Source: Azolla caroliniana
Taxonomy: Eukaryota; Plantae; Polypodiophyta
NCBI GenBank assembly: GCA_043228905.1
Contig: JBHGNT010000003.1
Coordinates: 9,982,001-10,046,000, forward strand
Length of the DNA stretch: 64,000 bases
Direction: 5' to 3'
Under the pieces are notes generated by a model that was not told the origin of the DNA, ran no database searches, and saw nothing but the letters and a program-made list of their open reading frames with translations. Shown piece after piece: positions 12,819-26,864 of the stretch. Each line of letters starts with the position of its first letter. Position 1 is the first letter of the stretch. The translations under genes were made by a program, and so were the position numbers.

Positions 12819-14321
12819 TTGGGCGTGTTATTGGGTTTTACAAAATTACCCAAATACCCCTCCCTCCTACCCTCCTCCTCTTGCCACCGGGTAAAAGGAA
12901 CACCATTACATATACGGAGATCCATTATTTAATTTCCAAGGTATAACGTTATAGTAATATTCAGTGGTATGAAACACCAATGGTATTTTATGTTTGTCTC
13001 CTGTCCTTTGCTTGAGGGTGGTCAGTGTGGTTAAACACCCTTAATCCATTCTTTTCCTTTTAAACTCCTATTCTTTTTGTTGATCATTAGTTTAATTCAT
13101 AATGTAGCTCAAATTTAAGATGTTGTTACATATGTTTGATCTTCTTTGATTCACACTAGGGATGAGATGCATAATCATCTTTTTGATTGCTACGGATCTT
13201 AGATAGTCAAATGATTCATTACACTAATCCATCATAATTAAGGAGGTCTTAACATGAAGGCAATAAAAGGAGCGATCAAAAGGTTTTTACTCGGGTTGGT
13301 GGTGCACTAGATAGTAGAAGTGTACCACTAGTCGATGCAAGAATCAACAACTCATAAAGATTCATATTAGAGTAGCCAACCTTGCATTAATTTGATATTG
13401 TCCCCAACTAGCTAAAATAATCCAAAACACCTACCATTTAGGCAATCCAATAAAATGAAGAGGTTTGTGCTACATGTTCCAACTTCTTTAACAACCAAAG
13501 GGTTCAAAAAAGTCAATATCATTCAGTTTTGTTGAAGCACCACACACATTAATATGCTCTCAAAGTAGATCATGTGAATACATCATCCATCATAATCATA
13601 AGTATATTACTCAATGTGATAGAAGGAATGATGTAACTACATTCAAACAACTCTCATTTCATGTGTTTCATTTATATCAACTAGTTGTTCTCTTATGTGT
13701 ATCGAGTGACTACATACAACATGTATTGAATGCATCAAGTGTACTTGCCTCACAAGTGAGTCTTTCCATGGTCTTGCCTGACAAACATTATTTGATTAGT
13801 ACAATATGTTTAAACACAATTCACTATAAGATTGGTACATGTATCGTGCCATCATCATAAAGAGCTTGATTATTTGGGCATTTAAAAAATAATTTATTTT
13901 CATAGTTTACTCTCTCAAGAGGTAAATGGAGTAGAAAAGATTTTGTAGAGAGCTAATAGAGCAAAGAAAAAAGTGTGATTATTGATTACATTCGTGAACT
14001 ACATTAGTTTTATGTTTTGTGTGTTATCATCTTTTGCATGTCTCACTATACCAAAGAAGGAAAGGACAAGGTCATATAATTACTAAAGACATATAGTAAT
14101 GATCTCTATTAGAATTGGGCACACCAATTGATCACTAAGTATCAAAAGATTTGTGTATAATGTACACATTTTGAGAAAAAACATATGTTCCCTATTCCAT
14201 GATCACACGTACAACATTACAACCATTCCAGGATAAGAAGATCATGGATCTCTCTCATTTCATAACAATGATATATTACATTTAATCAGGGATTTTTATA
14301 CAGCATCCTAACAAGTATTGA

Positions 14322-17300
14322 TCAAGAGCCTCTCAACTCAATTGATGATATCCATTCAATCAAGGCCTTGTTGACCAACTCTGGTACTTCATCATGAGGG
14401 CAATGCCCAGCTTGCAACCTAACAATAGATGATTGAGGGTAAAGCAACTTGATTTTATCTGCTTTTGATGCACCCATCCAAGGGTCCAAATCTCCCCATA
14501 ACAATAACAAAGGGCAAGAGACCTTCGCGAGAAGCTTATTTAATGTAAGTTCCGAGGGCTGAAATAGGTATCCAGACATCAACCTATCAAAATACCACAC
14601 ATTATAGACACAGTTCAGGAGACTTTAAGCAAAGTCATATACAGGATTAAAGCATTTTCCTTGGGATTTAAAACCTAGTCTTATAAGTATATAGCAGTTT
14701 TGATCAGACCAGGCTCTCTAATCACATAAACAACCAAATAAAATATGATTAATCAATAGAATGCTTGCGAATGACACTGAAGCAGGGGCACAAGGTAGCT
14801 AGACATGTATTATATATATTCATAAATCCTAGGTCTTTGTCCAGACCATAGTAAGTCAGACTTGGACGACCGATCATGGAACCACTCTAGCGTTGTTTAG
14901 TGTAGCTTCTAAGACAAAAGTTAGGCATATTTAGCTCCAATGAAGATAGTTTATGTGTATTGTCATGACTAGTTTTCAGTCATTACCTGTAATAGACTTC
15001 CCCTGCCTGGGGATCTTCAGTAGCATGGACAATGGAGTCTACAAGGTAATCATCCACATTTGTTTTATCAATATATACCTGTAAAAAGCGATAAAGCAGG
15101 CAAAAGACTGACACTTTAATTGATGTCTTATTAGATGTATAAGTTGGATGCATTCATAAGATAAAAAACAAAATCAGATGGTTGTATGGTGGAATATTTA
15201 CATTATTGAGAACCGACCGGATTCGTGCAGGTTGCTTGGCTTGCCAATACGCAAAACCGATAGCGACCTTCCGAACCCAATCTCGAATTGGATTGAAAAT
15301 CATCTTTTGAATCAGGTTCTCTTCTAGAACCTCTGTTTTCTCGATCTCTGGTTTGTCAAATTGTCCTGACGCATTCACAAGCACTAGCCCTGACACCAAT
15401 TCTGGATAACTTGCGGTGGTGTTCAGCACTGTAAAACCTCCAACACTTTCATTTGGAAAAAAAACACTTAAGATGATCAGTTTCTTCTCCTTCTTTTATT
15501 AAAATCAATACACACAGTAACATCATTAATATCAGGGAGAATGCCCTCCCTTGTCTTTTCTCTTATTTATGATGTTTAGAAAGTTGTACAGAAGATTGGT
15601 GACATAGCTATGACCAAGTCCCCTATTTCACTCTCATGAGTCCCTGAAACATAGATCCTATATTTCTTCATGTGCACTTCCAAGCTTGTGTACTTTTTGC
15701 TAGCTTGCAATTCATCTAGCATTTATACTTTGGCACATATCATAACTTAACAATGAAATTCAAAAACTAAATCTAGAATTAATTCTTTCTTAACAGCTAT
15801 CTAGCAAATTATGTGGACCACTCACCTATTGCCAACCAGCACAGCCTTGTCTTGAACAACATCTCTAATAAAGTCTGCCACTTGGTCTTTCCATATAGAA
15901 GGCTCATACTCAATCAATGCCTTCTCACTCCATCCAAATCCCAAGAGGTCCATTGCATAGACTTTGTACTTCTCAGCAAGAACTGGAATATTATATCTGT
16001 GGGAAAAATTGCAAAAATTGGCCTAAAAATATGAAGTAGCAAGCTTGATCCATGTTTTAAGGGTACACACAATGATAATTTTCATACAAAAAAGGAACAT
16101 TGACAAAACATGCAATACTATAAGTGGCGATTCTCTCAAGAAATTACATAGATATGGGCTAACGTTGAGACCAACTTAAGTTGAGCACAACATGAGCATA
16201 ACTGAAGAAATGGGCTGAAAGGGGGAATGCGTTTACCTCCAGTGGAAAGCAGATGCTCCGAAACCATGAATTAAGACAACTGGAATGCCTTCTCCTTGGA
16301 CTACATAGTGCACCTTATGACCCCTCCAGTCCCAGTAGTTGTATCCTTCCTGCTTGTAAGGAAGCATTTCCATCCCTATTCATTTAGATTCAAAACTTAT
16401 GCACAAGACAGGGGATTCATCTCTATGAAAGATTACACATACACACTATTCATGTGAGCTAACTAATAATTAAGCATAATGTATGGAAAAGAGGGGTGGG
16501 TGCCAGACCACCCCCTGGTGACAACATGACAAACCTGGATATCCTCAATGTCCTATACCACTAAGTGTTGATGTGGACCATATACTGGGTTCCGTGAGGA
16601 TTGTGCATGCTTAGCTAATAAGAACCATAGCAACACAGACACAATCTCAAATTAGGGTCAACTCCCCATTATCAAAAGGTAGTTAGCCTTTTTATATAGG
16701 CAGAAACCCTAGGTCCTGGTGTGTTCACACACTTCACTACTTGATGTGAAATGGTTCAGTCATAACACACTTAATAGTTTATCTCACACCATAGAATCGT
16801 AAGATTATACCCTCATCCCTTTAGAATTAACCCGCACATACACATCATAAGATTAGGGAAAACTATAAAAAACCTATTTCATGATCAGTTATAGTTATGC
16901 ACGTAATAATTCATCTACCTTTTGCCGGTAAATCCACGGTGGCCACGGCACATGCCACAATACCAGACATAGCAATTAATGTTCTCCTCTTTAACCTGCA
17001 ATCTGTACAAAGAGAGAAATTTGTATGGGCCATAGAAACATGTTACACCAAATGCATCTTATGGTTGTCAATGGTATGCTCATTGGGATGGCTGAAAAAA
17101 TTTGAACACATTGAGATGTAAAAATACATGGTATTAGAGAGATTAACATCTATTTAGTAACCCCCTATTTGTGTTTGATACCTGAGCCTAATGAAGCACA
17201 ACATGAAGATTAAGTTATTTTTTGTTCATGAAAATTTCTCTTTCTCTCCATGCTTGGAAGCCATTTTAAGAATCATCACCAATAGTAAATCCATCGCATG

Positions 17301-18478
17301 CATTAAAATTTAAGATCATTATAATGGATCTTCAGGAAATCTAGAGCGTTTATTTCTGTTTCATGTGGATAACCTGAAGTCACCTGAATTTATATAATGA
17401 CTTTCGTGAGTGTATGCATAATGCTTTTTCATGTTCGACGAAGTAATTACAAATGTTTCCATCTGAAAAGATAAGTGAGAGAGAACTGAAATGTTATATT
17501 AATGTCTTTGACAGGCCAAAGTGACCTATGAGACCAAAAATTACATTTGTAAAAGCCTTATAGAATGTATGGGGAAATTAAAAACAATACAAAAATTGCA
17601 CCTAAACTAGGTCGCTGCCGTATGTAAATAGGCTGTCATCAAAGTATAATGACATGAAGACCATGGGTAAATGTGATACGAGGGACACAAGATTAAAATG
17701 AAAAAAATGAATGAATGGCAGAACTCACATGATTTCAAACACCACAGCAATGTAAGTTGATGAATGAAAATTCTTGAGCATTGCACCACACCAAAACAAC
17801 ATTTTAATCATCAGTGGAGGGAATTCAGATATTTACGGTATCTATCTAATGAGAATTCATTGTCATTAAAACCAAACAAATATAAACATACAACATATGC
17901 CTAGGAAGTTTAGATTCTTGGAAGTCCTGTTATACTGAAACATGCCTATGAACAAAGCTTAGCAAATAATAATTTAATCATCACAAAGAATATCAGCACA
18001 AGGAATTCATCGAGTCATTGTTCATACCCTTCAAAGGTGTTACAGTATTCTTCCTTGTTTCTAATCCTGCATTATAAAGACGTCAGTAAAGACATCAGCA
18101 TTTTTATCCATCTGAGAATTTCTGGTTTCTTGCTTTAAAAATGGTATGGTTTGATACTATAAGCCACAACATCAATTATTTCCAATTTCTTACATATTTG
18201 CAAATTTCAGGATATACCAGCTTATTAATAAGTGTTCAAAAGGGTATACCAAAAAACCTATGATATTAGTGAGTGAAAAACCTTGGTGGGGAGCATAGAA
18301 CGTAATAAACGTGTTTGTGCAAGCATACAAACATTTGGAAATGAACACGTTTGAAAAGCGAAAAATGCATACTCCTTTTTATTTCATTTTTCATATTTCT
18401 TTATTAGAAATTAGCTTACCCTAGCGGTAAGTTGCTATGCTATTGTTGTCTATGTCTTGGGTTCGATTCCCAATTTTC

Positions 18479-18513
<35 letters not shown>

Positions 18514-21362
18514 GTCTCATGTTATAGCAAAATTTTATGTTAGTGTCATATTTTTGTTTTTTTTTGTTTTTTCTTTCTTGGTTATTAGAAATTAGCTCAC
18601 CCTAAAGGTAAGTTGTTATGCAACTATTGCCTATGTCTTGGGTTCGATCCCCAATTTTCTCCTCTTTCCTTTTCTTTTTTTTGCTTCCCAATTTTCTCCT
18701 CTCTCTTTGCCCTAAACAAGTTCGAGAGTCTGAGTATCACACTTTGATACAATGCTCTGCCTTTGATCATATTCGACCATGCTTTCCACATCTCTTCGAC
18801 CGAGCCTAATCCTTGCACGAATTTCTCTCACAACCACAATGTGCACTCTCGATTGCAACATTCATTGGTAAAGTCCTTGAACATCGAGAGTCGCTACTCA
18901 CTTTCACATGTATCACATGAAATGTAATATTTTTGGTCTCATAGTTGACCTCTGAAGACGATAATATAATCTATCTATCTAGCTCTCTCGTTAGTGTCAT
19001 GTTATAGCAAAATTTTATGTTAGTGTCATGTTTTCTTCATATGCTCGAATATACATTTTATGAGTTTTTGAACGTTTGATTATAATTTATAATGACATAT
19101 TTTGATTCAATCTCTATAATTCATACTCATTTTTTTGTAAAGTTCTAAAGTGAAGAAGTTGATACCTTTATTAGTTGCGAGATGAGAACATCGATAATTG
19201 CAAGATGAGCTCATCATCAATACAATTATGTTTTTGAACTATTTGATTTTTATGTTCCTGCTTTCTAATGTTTAGTAGTTAAGTAATTCCTAAGTTTTGA
19301 ACTTTCAATTGTGTTGACATTTGATTCAATCAATATATAATATAGACCACAGTCATTTTTTGAAATTCCAATCTTTATTTTTTTTCCAACTTATAAATCC
19401 AATCCAACTTTGAGATGATTTACCATACACGTTTGATTGAATCATTCTCGAATGTGAATGCACGTAAGGTACGTATGGTTCATTCTATGGTGGGGAGTAT
19501 ACGTGTTCAAAATGATACCCAGAAAAAACTTGGTAGAGAGACTCTTTTGATGAGCTAATAATATGCACATTCACAATCAACACAAAAACTAGATATCATA
19601 TCCAAAAATAACAATAACAATAATAATTTTCGGGTATATCAACTTATTACTATGTGTTCAAAAGAGTATTCCAAAATTCCTATGATATTAGTGAGAGAAA
19701 AACCTTGGTTGAGAGTATACCAACTTGTTAATATGTGTTCAAAAGTGTATCAACAAAAGCCTTGGTAGAAAGGCTCCTTTGATGAGATAATAATATGCAT
19801 ATACAAATCATAGGATAGGCTTATGCAACCCTTAAGGTAAATGCTTTCATACATGGCACGCTTGGAATGTGTTGGTGTGGCATGGGAAAATGTTTTGGTT
19901 CCTAAAACCATGGGAGAGCTTCAATTTCTGAATGTTATGGAGCATAAAATGGCATCACATTTCCCTTATTTCTATTGAAATGCGCTCACATAACTACAAT
20001 TAATCAATAATAGGAGGGGAAACAAGGCTAGAGATAGGAACATTGGCCATACACGGAGTATGTTACATGCATCCATAATAAAGTTGAAGGCAGCATGTTA
20101 TGTGCACGCTGCACATTGTATGTATCTATGACAGGTAGTTACAGGCATAGGGGGGATATCAAGTTCCACAAACAGTAATATTGGGGTGAAACTAGGTTGC
20201 CCATTCTCACCCACACTTTTTGGGTCGTACACTGATGAGACTTCAGATTATATCGACAGATTGGGAGAGCAGGCACCGGCCTCATAGGAATTCTAATACC
20301 AATCTTATTTTGTGTGGATGACATACTACTTATCATATTCATGTGGCCTACAAGCCCTTCTACAAGCACTAAAAAATCAATTACAGTATTGATAAATGCT
20401 AGTTGGTGCACATGCCCAACCTTGCACTTAAGAATTCCTAATTAATGGTTCGGAGGCTATGATGAGATATCAGTTTTAATATATTTATAAAAATGTTTTG
20501 TTCTGATAGGTCGTTTGGCTTTTGTAGATGATAATATTGCTTTTTCTCTTTCTTTCTACCCCATTCAATGAATTCACCCTCTATTGGTGGTAATGGCTGC
20601 CTATTGTCGAGAGAATGCACAATCTTATCAGATCAACCGATAAGCATACTATGTGATATGCAAGCCCTAATATAGTGAGATGATTGGCTGCACCAGAGGT
20701 AACCCTTTAACCTTATGCTTGATTAGTTAGTACAAATTAATGCACATTAATCACATCATTAGGTGATCATTTCGACATACTTAAACTGGAGGCCCAAATA
20801 GAGCCTGAACACAAGACATCTAAATCAAATACTAACACGTCAGCTGCGAGCTTTATTTTAAATACAAGACACACAAATATAGACAGTTGGAAGAGGCCTT
20901 TAAATTGCAACCTGAATTTGGCCTGAATATAAGACTCACGTAAAATCCACAATCCATCGAGAGACCTCATAGAGCAAGCAGCAATAGTGGAGGAATTCTA
21001 CAACGACGCACAAATGCACATATGCTAACAAGCCAGATACATATCCACATATAAGGAGCAACAATTAACAGAGGAATCTTACAATTCAAATTCAACATCC
21101 AAATGCAGCAACAGATAATAACATAATCACCCTTCAAAACACAGAAAGAGACTCAACAAATTGAAAGGAACCAAGAAAAGGAAACACATAAAGAGAGAGA
21201 GAGAGAGAGAGGCTAACCAGAGGAAGAAGCAGGAGGTCGGAGGTGTAACCGATGATGAGGTGGGAAGAGGGATGTGTGGTCGTGGTTAGAGCTATGGAGG
21301 TTATGGAGAGGGAGAGTCGCGGCAGTAGCAGCAGCAGCAGCAGTGGTGGACATAGTGGCCAT
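14322..21362 (-). CDS. Plastid-targeted alpha/beta-hydrolase (pheophytinase-related family, At4g36530-like), 7 exons
   Basis: Exons 21362-21218, 17002-16919, 16375-16237, 15996-15826, 15445-15202, 15078-14987, 14583-14322. Motifs LIHGFGASAFHWRYN, DLLGFGWS, GNSVGG (nucleophile), WGDLDPW, AGHCPHDEVPE. Ser/Thr/Ala-rich N-terminus. Exons 1-2 are less certain. Confidence 0.88.
16480..16842 (-). mobile_element. Probable solo LTR in hydrolase intron 2
   Basis: TGTATG...CATACA inverted termini; 5-bp TSD CATAA/CATCA (1 mismatch); minus-strand TATATAAAA near 16690. Confidence 0.5.
18294..19489. mobile_element. Non-autonomous hAT-type element in hydrolase intron 1
   Basis: TIRs CATAGAACGTAATAAACGT / revcomp CATAGAATGAACCATACGT; perfect 8-bp TSD GTGGGGAG (18286-18293, 19490-19497). 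Confidence 0.8.
19860..19980 (+). mobile_element. Short L1-type LINE ORF2 relic
   Basis: Translates as VAWENVLVPKTMGELQ, resembling the plant L1 VAW..VC.PK..GGLG motif. Confidence 0.4.
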
Positions 21363-21377
21363 GGAGAGAAGAGTGTA

Positions 21378-21625
21378 TGAAGGTGAAGGTGAAGGTGAAG
21401 GTGAAGCGTGATGGTAAAGCTTCACATCTTGTGGGCGGTATCATTCATCATCATCATCATAATGTTGGCATGTTAAGGGCCTCACAACCACCTCCTGAGT
21501 CCTCAGTCCTCTCTCCAGGTCTGGGTCTGGGTCTGGGTCTGGGTCTAGATTGGGTCTGGGTCTGGGTCTAGATTGGATCTAGGTCTAGGTCTAGGTCTGG
21601 GTCTGGGTCTGGGCCTGGGTCTGGT
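21378..21625. repeat. 5'-UTR/promoter microsatellites (GAAGGT)n, (CAT)n, (GGTCTG/GGTCTA)n
   Basis: Directly visible immediately upstream of the hydrolase ATG. Confidence 0.9.
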
Positions 21626-22099
21626 CATGCCCTAGTTTGGGTCCGGGAATGCGCCCTCGCATTGCTCCATAGACAATAGGTAGGTAGTGCATTGTGGCTC
21701 CATCACAAAACCGCTTGCATGCCTGTGTACACATGTCTATTGGGCAATGAGAAAAGAGGTGCTATGAAACTCCTAAAGTACGCCCCTCTGCCAATTTTTT
21801 CCTTGAAAAAGTTTGTATTTGGGCAATCAGAGATTTTGTTGGTGTGTGGTTGCGTACTTTGTTCGGTGTATATGGTCGCAATGCCCTTCGTATTGAAAGG
21901 TGAATGCAATTTGCGGATGAAGGGAAGATGTGTGAATTACAAATTATCATCCATGAGTTGGGTTTTCTTATGATAGATAGGATCATATGTGTAAATTAGT
22001 ATAAGTTAGATGAGGGGAAGTTTTGGCAATTTGGAATTAGTTGTCCCATAGAGTTGTGTCCATTGTCTATCACCTTTGTCTCCATTCTTACTACTTGAG

Positions 22100-23965
22100 T
22101 TGACCTAGAATGATTCACTAGGAAAACTTCACTTGACCAAAAAAGACTCTAAATTACAGACGCATGTCATACATTTACTTTAATGTTGGGGCATGCTCCA
22201 TAGAGATCTTCAATTGCTCTTATTGTTGGGGCACCGCTTGTCGGAATTTGAGTTTCTCCTCCTTTGGTAATGCCCTTCGCAATGCTTCCATCAGCATGGT
22301 GTTGCTGTTTTGGGTGCGATCCATGTCTATAACTCTGTCGATCACTTGTTCCAAAGTGTTGGCCTTAAAGTGCGGCACCACCAGGGTTGTCCGTAACGAT
22401 TCCTTAGTGTTGTGAGGAAGGTGTCCTTCCAATCTTCCTCCGAAGGCGATCACACCAACTGTTTCTGGAGATTTTGAAACCGGATAATAAATTGGGGAAA
22501 ACCATCTAGTATGGTTCTTGGTAAGCGGAGTAGAATTGCCGCATCAATTGCCTTTGTGTTATTCGTTGGTGATAGCTGCGCGAATTTGTCGCTCAATTGT
22601 AGAAATGTTTTGAATTCACCTTGAGCGTGCTAAGAATATTAGTTTGTTGACTGGCCCTCTAATGATAACCCAAACTTGACAATTTTCAACACATCCGCGT
22701 TGGTAGCTTATAGTCTTTGAGAGACATGATTTGCTTGCCATGTGGTAAGAAAAGCGCGCATGTGTGCTTCGACATCCAGTTTGGCATTGTACTTTGGATA
22801 GGGATATGACATCGTGTCCTCTTCTTTAGTTCAGGTTGGCTCACTAGGTGGGTTGTTTGGCATCGAGTCCTCTACTTCTCGTGCATTAGACTTGTCACTA
22901 TTGTGCCGGCTAATTGGTTGATCAACTTGATTGTCAGACTTCTTGCCCTCAAAACAAACGTCACCGGAAATCTCCAAGCCGGGAACACTGTTGAATCCTT
23001 CGCAAGTGTGTGTAACATCGTTTCGGCCTCGACAAGGCAAGTCGTGCTTTCGATGCTCACATTGTTTGTATCGGTATCTATGTGAAGTGCCCTCACGTCC
23101 ACTTGCTGAATTCGTTCCGAAAACGTTGGATCCAACCAATTCTCCTGTGTTGCTCGTCGGTACTCCAACCGAGTATGTGGTTCTCTGGGTCACGTAGTTC
23201 TATCATTGTCACTCTGACTAAACGACATCCATCCTCCACTATTCGCTGCCTTTCACAAAACGAATTGTGGTTGCCAAATTGTGTTCCACCCTCTTAGTAA
23301 AACCCGCGTCTAATACTTAATCACTAAATATCCTTCACTAAAGATCATGGTTGGATGTATGGAAATTTACAACAAGAGATTGGTAAACAAATAAGTTATT
23401 CACTAACTCTGTTTAATTGGCTTATGTCCGATCAACGCTTTGTAATTCACTATACAACAACTATCCGAGTTTGCTACCACTGATTAGCTTTGCACTTTGT
23501 ACTTTACTTACAAACTCAAAACTCAGAATAAAATAACACTGATATCGCAAACATAGTATATTCAAAAGATGTTTCAATATTAAACTTCCTCCTCTTGTAA
23601 AATACACATGCCCCCTTTATATAGGAAAGCATAGAAGCAGTTACATTGTCATTTGGCAAACCGTTCCTAACTAACAATGATAATAACTTCCTACTATTTA
23701 CATTTTCTACTTTATACATATTTCTGGTAATAATATTTTCGGCATATTAATATTTTTTGCTTTCACACTTATTCAACTATTCAACTTTAGCTATTCGGAC
23801 CACTTTCACACTTCGTCCAACTCTCAGTTAACAAAACTTCTCACCATCCTTCATTCGGCCTTTCAACCCTTTCACACTCTAGTCGACCTCTACAGGCAAC
23901 ACTCTAAGCCTTCGACTCCTTGAAGCATTCAAGCCCTCTGAAGCATTCCAATCCCCTACGGTTAT
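22100..23965 (-). mobile_element. Degenerate Gypsy-type element: gag remnant plus LTR-like region
   Basis: Gag-like fragments at 22220-22800 and 22872-23168. On the minus strand an LTR-like region ends ...GGAACACA at ~23280 and is followed by PBS-like ATTTGGCAACCAC. Boundaries uncertain. Confidence 0.45.
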
Positions 23966-24794
23966 GTCCCGAGTCAGTCGAGCTCACAGTGGCAGAGGCT
24001 ATTGTTGAGAATCAAGCTCAACTTGGTCTAGTGTGTGAACTCACCTTGGGAGTGAATAGACACTCCAACGATCAAGAGTCACCATTATGTCACCACTTTG
24101 TATTCTAGCATTTAGTATAAGTCATAGAATCATATTCTATGACACATAACTTACGAGCTTTCACATTCCCCATGCTCCATGAATCTTGTAGTTAATGAAG
24201 AGAGAGGGTGACTATATAAAGCACCGTCCTCCCACCTTGTATAATGTTGTGTCTTTCTCCTTTGTTAATATATTTTACCTTGCGTATTCTCTGTGTCTTA
24301 CTCCTTCTCTCTCTCTCTCTCTCATACACACACACAGTTCATATCTATTCCGCTGCATAGAATCCATCTCTTGATTCTTTACATGGTATCAGAGTGATTT
24401 GGTAGGTCGATCTAGCCCATTCGCCTCATCGTGATTGTGTGTTGTGCTCTACGCCGACGACCAAGAACCGGCTCATCGCTATCGTAGCTTCGCTACATAG
24501 CTCGCATTCGAAGAGAGAAGAAGAAGAAGAAGAAGAAGAATCGACATAATGAATACTCAAATGGGGAGCGCTCTCCCTACCAAGAAGTTGGATCGAAACA
24601 ACTTCGCATCTTGGGAGTACAAGATGCACTAGTACCTTGTCGGACAAGGCTATTAGAGCTACATCAAAGGAGCGCACGAAGACCGACCCATCGAAATGGC
24701 TCCCGGATACGCGACATGGGAGCAAGCCGCAAGCCGTGTGATGTATTGCTTGGCGACATGTGTTCACGATCACATGTGTTCACGATCACATGTG

Positions 24795-25509
24795 TTCCGA
24801 AGAGGGAAAACTAAGGTAAGAGTACCCACGCAACCTCAAGCGGGCCCTGGCAAGGAAGTAACACCGTTATATGCTGAAAGCGTGAACTTGCTGGAAGGGC
24901 TCGCCGATGAGGACGTACATCACTACCTTGATGAAAACCCAAGGATAGTCCCTCTGTTCGAAGTGGATGTGGCAGAGGCGGTCTCCCCATATATTGTGCA
25001 ACTAGAGGATGCCAATGAGGAGCCGGATAGGGACGCAATTCGAGAACTACGACAAGCACAAGAGGCCCTGGAGCGGGAGATGGTGGTCTCATAACAGGTG
25101 AAAGCCTTACAATTGGAAGAACTGAATGTGGGAACCAACGAAGAAACAAGATCGGTGCATGTGGCCAAAGAAATGCCACCGGAGGAGAAATCGGCAATGG
25201 TCACATTATTGAAAGAATTCCAGGATGTATTTGCATGGTCATATGAAGACATGTGGGAACTGGACCCACAATTATATCAGCACCAAATTCATTTAAGCAA
25301 GGATGTGAAACTGGTAGCTCAGAGACGTTACCGGATGAATCCGAATTACGTGGCCAAAGTAAAAGAGGAGATCGACAAATTGATGCGGGTTCGGTTCATC
25401 CAGTCGGTGAAGAAAGCCACCTGGCTAAGCCCGATTGTGGTGGTACCGAAGAACGAAAAGATCCAAGTCTGTGTGGATTACCGATTGAGTGTTGCCACTA
25501 TCACTGATG
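24795..25509 (+). mobile_element. Non-chromovirus Gypsy pol (RT N-terminal) fragment inside Copia A gag
   Basis: LLKEFQDVFAWSYEDM...YRMNP...EIDKL...WLSPIVVVPK...VCVDYR; truncated at both ends. Confidence 0.85.
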
Positions 25510-25806
25510 GGTGAAAGCATGCGAGTGGAAACAATTAGCTATGTCCTTGACATAGCTAATTAGCTATGCAAAAAGCTACCATTGATAAATAGTCATTTTA
25601 GTAAAAAGCCATCATTAATAAATTAAGTATGCAAAAAACTACCATTGAAAATACTAGAGTGTTTTAATTACATATGTAAATGAGTGCCATAAATGTGCAA
25701 CATAAATTGATGTGTGCACCATAAATGTGTACCATAAATTATATATCGAATTCCTAGGTCCATTATGCATGATCCTTTGCCACATCACGTAGGCCATCTC
25801 TAGTTG

Positions 25807-26660
25807 AGTACTGTGGGTACTGTGCATTCCAAGCATCATCAAAGAGCTGCTCAATCTGACGGGGTTCTCTTCTCTGTGACACTCTACACTCAGGGGCCAC
25901 TACTGTGCATTCCAAGCATCATCAAAGAGTTGTTCAATCTGACGGGGTTCTCTTCTCTGTGCCACTCTACACTCAGGGGCCATTACTATGCGTTCTAAGC
26001 ATCATCAAAGAGCTGTTCAATCTGAGGGGGTTCTCTTCTCTGTGCCACTTTACACTCAGGGGCCATTACTGTGCGTTCCAAGCATCATCAAAGAGCTGTT
26101 CAATCTGAGGGGGTTCTCTTCTCTGTGCCACTCTACACTCAGGGGCCGCTGCTGTGCGTTCCAAGCATCATCAAAGAGTTGTTCAATCTGACGGGGTTCT
26201 CTTCTCTTTGCCACTCTACACTCAGGGGTTGCTACTGTGCGTTCCAAGCATAATCAAAGAGCTATTCAATCTGACGGGGTTCTCTTCTCTTTTCCACTCT
26301 CACTCAGGGGCCGCTACTGTGCGTTTCAAGCATCATTGGTAACTGTTCAATCTGACGGGGTTCTCTTCTCTTTTCCACTCTCACTCAGGGGCCGCTACTG
26401 TGCGTTTCAAGCATCATTGGTAACTGTTCAATCTGACGGGGTTCTCTTCTCTATGCCACTCTATTCTCAAGTGCCTTCTATGTGCGTTTCAAGCATCATC
26501 GGTAACTGTTCAATCTGACGGGGTTCTCTCCTCCATTGCCATCATTCTATACTCAGTTGCCACTACTGTCCAGTTCCGGATTGCTTCCACATTTCGATTT
26601 GACGGAGTTCACTCATCCAACGGCAACATTCTACACTCAGTTGTTGCCATTGGTCGGTCT
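25807..26660. repeat. Tandem array of ~83-bp units (~10 copies, degrading rightwards)
   Basis: Unit CTACTGTGCRTTCCAAGCATCATCAAAGAGYTGTTCAATCTGASGGGGTTCTCTTCTCTGTGCCACTCTACACTCAGGGGCCA; period 83 then 81-86. Confidence 0.95.
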
Positions 26661-26864
26661 TGGATCGCCTCCTCAACTGTTGGATCCAACAGAGTGAAAT
26701 CCTCTACTGTTCGGTCTTGGATTGCAATAACTTTTCTGTCTATTGATTATCTTGTGTATTGTTGTGTCTAATCTTGTGTATTGTGTGGAATATTTTTGTG
26801 TATTGTTGTTGCCCATAGCCATCTTTAATACTTGTTTTTTTTTCTGGAAATTTAGGGTTTTAAC

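Noticed and set aside
20230-20290. Helicase motif VI-like peptide (QIGRAG) in the hydrolase intron
   Set aside because: Too short, with no flanking helicase motifs; likely chance.
25510-25560. Left TIR of the Sola-like element
   Set aside because: No matching inverted sequence at the right end, which is truncated, so termini cannot be called.
25804-26518. Repeated MRSKHHQR... small ORFs
   Set aside because: Translations of the 83-bp repeat; the period is not a multiple of 3 and the starts are non-ATG or incidental.
25807-26660. CRISPR-like array
   Set aside because: Units repeat over their whole length with no unique spacers; eukaryotic context and no cas genes.
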